From Phoronis australis (Eukaryota; Animalia; Phoronida), in assembly GCA_002633005.1 (NCBI GenBank), contig NMRA01000444.1, forward strand, positions 332,130-378,486: DNA of 46,357 nucleotides, read 5' to 3'. Within the stretch, counting starts at the first letter, position 1. Each line of letters starts with the position of its first letter. Below are positions 1 to 10,200 of this stretch, in pieces. Both the position numbers and the translations under genes were made by a program. The notes beneath the pieces were generated by a model. It worked only from the letters and a program-made list of their open reading frames with translations. It made no database searches and was not told the origin of the DNA.

Positions 1-1827
1 CGCAACTTCCTTATAAGAACAGACCATCATTCCCTGAAGTGATTAAAGAATTTTAAAGAACCCGTCGACATGGTTGCCAGGTGGATAGCGGTTCTCGACA
101 CATATGACTACGAGATTAAGCACCGGAATGGTAATCACCACGGTAACGCTGATGGTTTGTCCCGGAAACCGTATCGCAGATACCAGCGATCTGATTGTGA
201 CCAATGTGCTGGTCAACGAGTTGTCGCCGCAGTGCGACGGGGAATACGTGTCACCAAGGAACGTGAAAACCCTGAGAGTGACGCCTGGCTGCCTACCTGG
301 AATAAAGAAGAGCTTCGTACTCTGCAACAGAACGATAAGGTCATAGGTCCAGTTGTGAAATTCATGTCTGAGTCCTCGGAGAAGCCTGAGCTTAAAGCTA
401 TATTGGGGCACTCCTGGGGTACCGGGCGTTTGTTTTCTGAGTGGAACCTTTTGCTCTTGCAGGATGGTGTTCTGTATCGGCGTTGGATCGATGCCCGTGG
501 CGGCGGTGATCGAATGGTGATTGTACTTCCACATCAATTACGGAGTCAGGTTCTCCAGCTGACGCATGACGCAAGGACAGCGGGACATCTTGGTCGCGAC
601 AAGACTATTAGGACCATCCGTTCTCGTTTCTTCTGGCCAGGGCTGCAGAGTGAAGTTTCCAGGTGGTGCAAGCGTTGCGAGATGTGCGCACGTCGCAAAC
701 CAGGTCCGGGCAGAGGTCGCGCACCACTTCAGCAGGGGCAAGCAGGCGCTCCATTCCAGCGCACTGCTTTGGACATACTTGGTCCTCTTCCAAAGTTGTA
801 CAATGACATGGAATACATCATGGTGGTCGGAGACTACTGTACCAAGTGGACGGAAGCTTATGCCTTACCAAACCACACGGCTCAGACAGTCGCAGACAAA
901 CTCGGGACAGAGTTTATCTCCAGATTTGGTGTACCAGCGTACATCCATTCTCATCAGGGTCGGGAGTTTGAAAGTAACTTGTTCTCTGAACTTTGTCAAT
1001 TGCTCGGAATGCAGAAGACTAGAACCACCCCATATCGTCCGCAATCCGATGGCATGGTGGAGCGGTTTAATCGCAAGGTCCAAGGGATGTTGGCCATGTT
1101 TGTAGACAAGCATTGGAGGGACTGGGACGACCATCTACCGTACGTCATGATGGCATATCGTTCTTCAGAGCATGACAGCACTGATTTCACACCATACAAG
1201 TTATTGTTCGGTCGGGAGATGTCGCTACATTTGGATGTTATAGCTGGTAACCCTCCTGATGGTGTTGTGTCAGAATGTGTCAGTGAATACAAAGAGTGGC
1301 TAAGTCAGACGCTGGAGGACGCCTGGAGCTTTGCTTGGGAGGCGTTGAATTCAAGTTTTCAGCGGCTGAAGAAGTACTACGATGCCCGAGAGAAATTTCG
1401 CAAATTTCGTGATGTGGACTGGGTCTTCCGATGGTACCCTCCAACTGCTAACCAGAAACTTGGTCTTGGGTGGGTGGGTCCCTACACGATAGTTAGACGA
1501 GTAAGTGATGTGCTGTATGAAGTTCAGATTTGAACTGATATGCCCAAAATTGTAGTCCATGTTGATCATTTGAAGCCATGGCATGGGCCTACTGGAGTTC
1601 ACGAGGGATGAGATGTCACTCCGGAGCCTGATCAGGGGGCGGAGGTGGTAAGCTCAGAAGAGGTCGACAGTGAAGTGTGTTCTGGCTCTTTGGACATTCT
1701 GAGTGAAGCTGAGAATGATGTTTCTTCGGGTACTGACTGCCGTGGCGCTGTCCACGCTGCAGCAAGTACACCAGTTGTTCGCAACTGCCGAGGCAGGTTG
1801 ATCAAGAAACCGGCCCGGTTTCTATAA
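1..1827 (+). pseudogene. pol: Gypsy pol (RNase H C-terminus + integrase), inactivated
   Basis: A single frame shows TDHHSLK*L, HGNADGLSR, HHCC (HDARTAGH...CKRCEMC), core (ALDILGP, IHSHQGREF, PQSDGMVERFNR), GPY, VVHVDHLKPW and C-terminal RGRLIKKPARFL. In-frame TGA stops lie at 40-42, 1531-1533 and 1609-1611. The second catalytic Asp reads His (952-954). Confidence 0.93.
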
Positions 1828-1855
1828 TGTTTTTTTATTTTGTTTCTTCTTGCAG

Positions 1856-2327
1856 AGACCTTCAGCCAGATCTTGCAGAGGTGGAGCAACTTGTGGGGAA
1901 GCCAGAGGAGGCCACCAGCCAATCTCGACCCGTATACAAGTGCGCCGAGTGTGACAGGACGTTCACCAAATTTTACACGCTGAAGCGGCACGAAAAGACT
2001 TGCTCACCGTTAATTAAACTTACCTGTTGTTCACATTGTAAGCGTAGGTTTTCAGCTAGGCACGCGTGCCGAAAACACCAACGCAAGACCGGCCACGACG
2101 GAACGACAGAAATACTGGTTCAGAACCGGAAACATGCAAAGGCTGTCGCTGCCGCAGAACGCCGGCGAGAGGTAGACGCCAGAAGGGACGTTCCCCAGCC
2201 ATTTCCTGAAGTTACGGTGGCGCGAGACGAGGCAGTGCGTTGGGACCGAGAAGGCCGGATGTATGTCTCCCCCAAACAGCACTGGTTCCGTGTCCCCGTC
2301 GAGCCATACCGCCGTTATATTAGCTAG
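1856..2327 (+). CDS. Retrotransposon-borne accessory protein with two zinc fingers (C2HC + C2H2); probably the second exon of a spliced subgenomic mRNA (unspliced ORF 1827-2327)
   Basis: YKCAECDRTFTKFYTLKRHEKTC and CSHCKRRFSARHACRKHQRKTGH (1941-2096). It is preceded by a long pyrimidine tract ending TTGCAG (AG 1854-1855) and has no internal stops. Confidence 0.75.
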
Positions 2328-2565
2328 CTAGTGTTTTTAGTTCGTTTGTATGTGTACAGGTGATGGCCGCACCTTAATTGTTTTCTTTTATTCATTTTTT
2401 GTATTAGTTTGATTTTTTTATTACGGGCAGTGTTACTGTGTAAGTTGCTCATGGTGTTTGGATAGTTTCTTTTTGTTGATTTTGATATCGATATGTTTAA
2501 GTGGTGTGAAGTTCACTCCTGTTTGTTTTATTTTTTTATTATCAGTCACGGGTGTGACATGATCT

Positions 2566-2578
2566 GAGGCAGGGGGAG
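2566..2578 (+). other. Polypurine tract
   Basis: GAGGCAGGGGGAG directly before the TGTAAC start of the LTR. Confidence 0.88.
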
Positions 2579-3177
2579 TGTAACAGGAGTGCCCTGGACA
2601 TGATTATGTAAGTGAGATATATGCGCCCTCTAGTGGTCAAGCTGTGTATTACGTATGGAATTTTCCTATGATGTTGAGTCCTTTGGACATGGCCAAATAT
2701 GGTCAGAAGCTAGGAGCTATGGGCCTTGCCCTTCAGATCGTGTCTGATTGGTTGAAATTGTGTACTTAAGCTTTGTCTCTGTCAGACACGAGGAGTCCAG
2801 TCGCAGAGTTCAAGAAGCAAACATTTACACCTTCACTCACACCAAATTGCAACTGTTTGTGCAGCTTTCGGGCTCCTCCCGAACTTGGTTGCATCTCACC
2901 TTTCGGATCTGAATAACCAAATTGCCCCGTTCTTGCACACACAACTATTAATCAAAGACTGGCGTGCCCGTGTATCAAAACTGTATAAATCACAACGCTG
3001 CGATACTAAATCATGGAACAACTGGATTGCTTGTAAGTGTGAAATATTGTAGTTATATATTCTCACAATAAACCTAGTATGTATTATTCACCAACTTTTA
3101 GTTTTCAATATCACCCTCAGTCCGCACCGGGCTCATAAAATCGGGGCGCCTTGGTCGTAGATACCGCCCCCGTTACA
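2579..3177 (+). repeat. 3' long terminal repeat (599 bp)
   Basis: Begins TGTAAC after the PPT and ends GTTACA (6-bp terminal inverted repeat). It contains ATTGG (CCAAT) ~2747, TATA-like TACTTAA ~2763 and AATAAA 3067-3072. The partner LTR is not in the window. Confidence 0.85.
3013..3032 (+). CDS. Putative LTR-encoded leader mini-exon (MEQLDC + 2 nt, phase-2 donor)
   Basis: aaatcATGG context, first ATG after the TATA-like box at ~2763, followed by GTAAGT at 3033-3038. Its phase matches the acceptor at 1855. Confidence 0.55.
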
Positions 3178-3205
3178 CACTAAAGACAATATGTATTTTG
3201 TGTTT

Positions 3206-3436
3206 AAAGCTGCTATATACCCACAATCCTTTACAAAGCTGGTATATACCCACAATCCTTCACAAAGTTGCTATATACCCACAATCCTTCATAAAGTTGC
3301 TGTATACCCACAATCCTTCACAAAGCTGCTATATACCCACAATTCCTGAGAAAGTTGCGATATACCCACAAGCCCTCACAAAGCTGCTATACACTAGCAC
3401 AAAGGTACTATATACCCACAATCCTTCACAAAACTA
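3206..3436. repeat. Minisatellite, ~29-bp unit, ~8 copies
   Basis: Unit aaagctgctatatacccacaatccttcac. Confidence 0.9.
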
Positions 3437-4156
3437 TATGTTTTGATTTAGACCATTTGTCACTACAAAGCTGGTCTCGACTTGTTTAAAACTTGAGTGA
3501 GAGGTGAGTTCTGCACTTGATAACAATTGGCAATTGTTCAAGAACATAAAGTCATAAAACAAGTCATTGTGACTAACTAACTTGTTGAGGATTTTCTCTA
3601 GCAATAACTAGCTGTTAGTTCTTTCAAGTACCGTAAATTGCTATGAGACTAATTTCATAATGGCAGGCGGCCAAAATCAAGTCAGTTTTCAAATTGATGC
3701 TCTCATTGTTGTGTGGTCATCATATTGACAGTCAAGTATGTGGCAGTGCCATGCATAGAGCCAACTTTTGAAAATTCTATGTTGGTAAGGAATCTATTTT
3801 TAGGCTTTTTAGTACTGTCGGTGGTATTAGTAATTTTCATTTAAGTTGCAGCTGCCATTTGATTCCAAGCTATAAACTTTATGTAGTTTTAATTTACTCA
3901 TTTTACTTGCCATTACTTTGAGTATGTGGCTTTATGAACATAGCCTGATCGATATGAAATGGTGCCCGGATGTGTGTCCCAGTTTTAAAACTCTGTTACA
4001 TGTTCCTAAAATTGTCTTACACCATAGAATGTGTCACTTTGTTGAGGATTTTCTGCTGGTGTATGATTGGGAAATTCCAATGAAAAACCTTAATATTGGT
4101 TTGGAGTAAAACTGTGTTGTTGGTTGTTAAATGCTAACATCTTGTTTACTTTTCAG

Positions 4157-4211
4157 GTTCATGTACTCTATAGCTCCGTTCTGGAAAGTCCCTTATGAAG
4201 ATCAAATTACG
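4157..4211 (+). CDS. TRMT2-like exon (FMYSIAPFWKVPYEDQIT)
   Basis: tttcag acceptor, gtaact donor; resembles TRMT2A TPLWxVPYxEQL. Confidence 0.82.
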
Positions 4212-7200
4212 GTAACTTTTAATCTAGTTAGTTTTCAGCCTCACCACAAAACAAAGTTACAACACCTTTTGAGAATTGTCACTACTTCCCCTTAACAGTA
4301 TTGCTGTGATCGTGACATACAACAGTTTTATTGATCTCTGAATTGTAAAGCCATTCTGGAGCATTTGCTAACTTTTGGTATGTTGCACATCTCTGAATTA
4401 AAGCATTTGTTATTACGTAAACTGCATTCCATCATTTAAGTTCTGCTCTGCTAAAAAACAAATACACAATTCCTTATTTACTAACATATTAGAGTGTGTC
4501 ACAGCATGTTAACATGTAAATCAGTCCACTTTCGTCTTCTCGTAACTTATTTACAGTTGAAGGTATTACTGAATAGGAACATAGAAAGTGTGTGTTAATC
4601 CATTCTCAAAAAGCCTGATAGAATGACTTGAATATTAAAATCTTCCAAGCACCAACGAGTAGCCCCTTCTGTAATACCAACTCGTTACCGTTTGCCTGAC
4701 AACCGTATTTCTCAACGGGTACTATTATCAACACGTGAATTCTATTGCCGTTTTGCCGAGACTTGCGAGGATACAATGCACTGAGACTAAAGGTTTTCAC
4801 TTTATTTGCCAAGTTTCATTTTTCGTGTATTTCATATGAGTTGTCGTGCCAGAGATTCCATTTTGGTGTACAATTGGCTTGTTTTCAGGTGTTGGCTGTC
4901 AATAGTCAGCTGTATTATTGGGAAGTTCTGTTTTGTTAAAAGCAAACAGTTATCTGCACAATTGCTTATATTCACAATAAAAGCTATCTCTTTCATGCAT
5001 ATGTTTTTGTGTTTCAGAAAAAACAGACAGCTGTTAGAGAGTATCTGAGGACCATCTGGATGGGTATTCGAGCTAAATTACCAAGCTCTCTTTCCTCCAC
5101 AAAGTAATTTTTATCTCCTTACAGTACAATGCATTACAGATGTATATTGGTTTGGAAGTTGTGCGTATATAAGCAACAAGATGCTTGCTTTTTTACTTTG
5201 GGGAACGCCACGTGTTTGATAACGTTACTTGTGTGATAACATTACACTTGTGTGATGATGTTACTCGTGTGATAACGTTACTTGAATGTATGATAACATT
5301 ACTTGTGTGATAACGTTACTCTTGTGATAATGTTACTTGTGTGATAACGTTACTTTTGTGATAATGTTACTTGTGTGATAACGTTACTTGTGTGTTAATG
5401 TTACTTTTGTGATAACTTTACTTGTGTGATAACGTTACTTGTGTGATAACGTTGCTTGTGTGATAACGTTGCTTGTGTGATAACGTTGCTTGAACTGCCC
5501 CAACATACCTTGGCAGCCAACTATCTGTATGAAGACTATCGTAGTGAAAATACAGCTAGGTATCACTGTGTGTTCAGTTGCCGACAGACCTCGTACTCAG
5601 TCCTTGTAGTTCTTCTCATCACTTTACTGTGTAAATTGTGTCAATATGTAGAGCTAAAGACCGGCAGGGGTGCATGCAAAATCTGGGAGTCAACCAACAC
5701 TGACCATGCCCGTTTAAGCCGTTTAAGTGAAAAAACAATCTAATACATGTCATTTTCTTGTGTAATCCTCTGCCTTTTGTAACAAACAAAAGGTATTTCG
5801 TCATTTTGAAACGAGTATACTTGTGACACATTCACGCACCATTTCCTAAAAGTAATGTGATAGGTTTAAGTGCTCTCAAGGAAGTGCTAGCTGAAAGCTA
5901 GTGAGGCAACACACATTGTAAACATTGTGTTAATAAGAGTGACAAAATGTGAGACATTTGGCTGTCAGAAGATGGCAATACTTTTAGGCATGTCTGCATT
6001 AACATAGTATGCCTTTGAAAAAGTTGTCCACTGGTTTTATGTAAAAAGAAACTAAAGCTGTTATTAACAATGAAAAATGAAAAATATATTGAAAAGACTT
6101 GCATTGATATAAGGTGATGGTGATCAATCTAATATAAATTTCTAATAGAATTTGTACTTTAATTTGGCATGCCTTTTCTTATGTGATCAAAGTTATTAAC
6201 CGGAATTAACTGTAAATCTTGTCTTTATTTCTAGGTTTTACTCAGAATTCTTTGCTTGTGATGTTGATGACATTATTGCATCGGTAAGATCTCGATCTAA
6301 TAGCAAAACTCCCCTTCTCAATGTCTATACTTATCAAATTGATGCTTAGTGTGTTGAATATAACAGTGAAGTGGGGCCGTGTTCTGTAATGTTGGTCACT
6401 TGTTAGACATTTGTGGTGAGAAATCATGGCTTATTCAACAAAAATAGTGAGTCTCTCACATAAGTCAAGAATGTGATCTATTCCAATCGGTTCACAGACA
6501 GCCATTTTGCTAGTACGTCCTAGGAGCACTAGTGAGGTATTGCCTTTTACTGGCGGCAGCTTGCGTACTCTCACAGGTGGCAGCTTGCGTACTCTCACTG
6601 AATGTGCAAGGAACATTAGGGAACACACTCGTGACCAGTTCCGTTACATTATGTCCTCTGCTTGATTTGTCATCTGTGTCATCTTAGGCTTGGCGGAGCC
6701 AGGGTAATTTGACTGCACAGTGGCTTAAAGTTTTGCTGATGATTGTTAATCGTGGATGTCGTTCACATAAAATAGACCTTTTGAATTTGATATGCAAAGC
6801 AATGAGAGCGGTTCTTTGTGAACCCTGCTCGTGTCACACAGCTGTCCCAGTTGGACTGTGTAAGTAAACATAGCTTGTGGTAGTGGCTGAGAAGATAACT
6901 GTTTTATTATCCCCTATGGGTTTTGAATTAGCAAGCCCAGAATAGTATGGTGACATTCAAGTTAGTTTGCATAGTGACGTGTTATCCCAATGCCTGTTCC
7001 GTTTTTACCAATGTTATCGTCATAACTGAATTTTTTGTTCATTTGCTTGTGCTATGTTGATTACATTTTGGAAATTATAACCTATTAACTCAATTGAAGA
7101 TTTCAAATTAGCTTTTTCTTCTGTTTGAAATAAAATGTTATATTTTCACATTTTTGTTATAGCCTTTCCAACAGTTCTATAGATGCGAGTGTGAATATGG

Positions 7201-10200
7201 TATTGGGCGTGGCGGAGAGGATGGAAAAAGTAAGGATTCTTCTTACGTTGTATTGATTTATTGGAATCATGACAACACAAAATATAAGTCATAATTAGAC
7301 AAAATATTGACTGTTACAGTACAGAAGTTAAGTTAAGCTTGTCAAGTCATAAAATGTCTTCAAAATTGAGTATAAGGAGCAATTGCATGTTCTTTTTAGA
7401 ATCTTGTGTTTTACGCAAACATTGTTAAGTCTAATCAACACGCCACCTGTGGGGCTGTGACCATATCACATGACCTAATGAATGTAAGTCTGAAAACATT
7501 TCTACCCCAAGCAGGACTCGATCCCATGACCTCCTGCTAACTGTGCAGACGCCCTGGTCCACTAAGCTATTGGGACCAGTGGACCACTGATCGACTACAG
7601 AAGTCTAATTACATAAAATCTTCTGTTTTGTTACAAATTACACAGTTTATGTCAATTATTGCAGTTGTACAGAAATGTTGGAACGCTAAACACTTTCAGT
7701 ATGCTTTGTACTTCCCAACAAAGAGAATGACCTTAACTCAAGGTTGTGGAGTCGAATCCGACTTTGGCTCCTCAACTTGGTTTTAACTATATATTAATAA
7801 AGCATAAAAATGGTTCCAGGTGAATAGTGCAGTGGGCCCACATGAGTGACCTCTGTACGTCTGGTACACGTTCTACCTGACTGCCTGCAATTATTTTTTT
7901 TTTACTTCAGAACGAGTTGTTGGTTTGCGACTGGGGGGAATGGATACACCAAAGCTCATCAGTCCGTCTAACGGAAACCTTGTAGACAAGGCCTTGCTGC
8001 CTGTTGTGGAGGTTTGTCTAGCAGTAGTCTGCTGTTGTTTTGTACATAGAGGTTAACTGGTGTTCATATATCATTCAGAACCATTTCTCAGTCGTACAAT
8101 TTCGGTATTGTTCTTTTCTTTGTTTTGTAATGATAAATTCTGGCGTTCTTTACTTTCGGGGGAAAATGAAGCAAGAAAAAGCTGCGTCTTGGATACGACT
8201 GCTTTATCTCATCCAGAACTGTAAACACTCAGCCGCCCAGAACACATTTGAAGTACAGTAGTAATTGACCTAACAATAGCTAGTGACTCCTATATTAGAA
8301 ACAGCAAGTTACAACAATCAGTGTGATCAACTACTAATAATAATTATTTATTGTTACATAATTATTTTTTATGTATCACATTATTAATAATTGATTAATT
8401 CTTTCAGTTTTATTCCGATTTATAATTAATCTTATTTATTGACAGTTAATAATATTGTAGCTGCAAGATTGCTAAATTTGTTCGTGACTCGAAAAAGCAA
8501 TATGCTGTTCTATTCTGTGAAAATGTGTTTGATTTTTTGTGATTAAGTAGTACCTTGAATAGAGATTGTTGTCATGAACAGATGTCACGAAGTAGAACGA
8601 TTGTGTTTCCACTATTCATATTAAGTCTGTCGTCTTTGAGTGAATGTGAAATAAACTCTAATGTCTTCTGTAGAGTTTTGAGCTGTTTCTGCAACATTCA
8701 ATATTCGATGTCTATGACTCGGACACAAAAGCTGGACACTGGTCTCAACTGCTGCTGAAGACCACCCGTCAAGGGGAGGTACTCGGGGTGATTTCGTTCT
8801 TGGCAAAACACCTGGAGGAGGTAGGACATTGAATGTTTCATTGTTGGAGCACAACTCCGCCTCACCTGAGTGATAGTCATTTCATTGGCCAGATCTACTG
8901 GTCAGTCATTTTTATTTTGGTTTAAAATGTTGAACCAACCTTAAGTTGTTGAATATTTCCAGATTATCCTCAATAATCTTTTTAAAGATAGCATGTGAAG
9001 TTGATATTGCATTGAAACTGCCAATGTGTGCATGATGACATCATGGAAATGACATCACTTGTGGTGTGTACAAGTGTGAGGAAGTTATGTTACAAACTAT
9101 GTAACTTTGGGTCATATAACCAAAAAAGAAGTGGACATTGTTACCAAGTTCAAGGACGGATTTTCTGTCCTCTGAATCTGATGTCAGATGTGCTGGCAGT
9201 TTGCCAGAGATCTGTAGAAAGGTTCAATAATGATGGATGGTGATTGATAACAGTTGGTTATCCCTATTTGTTCTGTCCAACAGAATGCTCTGCTGCTGTC
9301 AACGTNNNNNNNNNNNNNNNNNNNNNNNNNNNNNNNNNNNNNNNNNNNNNNNNNNNNNNNNNNNNNNNNNNNNNNNNNNNNNNNNNNNNNNNNNNNNNNN
9401 NNNNNNNNNNNNNNNNNNNNNNNNNNNNNNNNNNNNNNNNNNNNNNNNNNNNNNNNNNNNNNNNNNNNNNNNNNNNNNNNNNNNNNNNNNNNNNNNNNNN
9501 NNNNNNNNNNNNNNNNNNNNNNNNNNNNNNNNNNNNNNNNNNNNNNNNNNNNNNNNNNNNNNNNNNNNNNNNNNNNNNNNNNNNNNNNNNNNTTTTTTTT
9601 TACTTCAGAACGAGTTGTTGGTTTGCGACTGGGGGGAATGGATACACCAAAGCTCATCAGTCCGTCTAACGGAAACCTTGTAGACAAGGCCTTGCTGCCT
9701 GTTGTGGAGGTTTGTCTAGCAGTAGTCTGCTGTTGTTTTGTACATAGAGGTTAACTGGTGTTCATATATCATTCAGAACCATTTCTCAGTCGTACAATTT
9801 CGGTATTGTTCTTTTCTTTGTTTTGTAATGATAAATTCTGGCGTTCTTTACTTTCGGGGGAAAATGAAGCAAGAAAAAGCTGCGTCTTGGATATGACTGC
9901 TTTATCTCACTCCTCATCCAGAACTGTAAACACTCAGCCGCCCAGAACACATTTGAAGTACAGTAGTAATTGACCTAACAATAGCTAGTGACTCCTATTT
10001 TAGAAACAGCAAGTTACAACAATCAGTGTGATCAACTACTAATAATAATTATTTATTGTTACATAATTATTTTTTATGTATCACATTATTAATAATTGAT
10101 TAATTCTTTCAGTTTTATTCCGATTTATAATTAATCTTATTTATTGACTGTTAATAATATTGTAGCTGCAAGATTGCTAAATTTGTTCGTGACTCAAAAA

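Larger units (their letters stand above)
1..3177 (+). mobile_element. Ty3/Gypsy LTR retrotransposon, 3' portion (RNase H end, integrase, extra zinc-finger ORF, PPT, 3' LTR); 5' part lies outside the window
   Basis: RNase H precedes integrase (Gypsy order), followed by a polypurine tract and a TG...CA bounded LTR with AATAAA. Confidence 0.95.

Noticed and set aside
1474-1827. Chromodomain at the integrase C-terminus
   Set aside because: Only the GPY/VHVDHLK module and an acidic tail ending in RxxxKPARF are visible; no chromodomain motif.
43-2282. Alternate-frame and antisense ORFs over the retrotransposon
   Set aside because: Shadows of GC-richer coding sequence with no recognisable motifs.
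1827-2327. Extra ORF as an env gene
   Set aside because: No convincing signal peptide, transmembrane segment or fusion-protein size; it has zinc fingers instead.
2261-2378. Second small intron in the ZF gene (GTATGT 2261 to AG 2359)
   Set aside because: Splicing would give an immediate stop; no supporting evidence.
7505-7575. Functional tRNA gene
   Set aside because: A/B boxes are present but the stems are imperfect and it is embedded in an interspersed repeat.
9030-9181. Intronic C/D box snoRNA (ATGATGA ... CTGA)
   Set aside because: No convincing terminal stem or recognisable guide; such boxes occur by chance.
9184-9754. ORFs spanning N-gaps (also 22399-22737)
   Set aside because: Artefacts of translating Ns.
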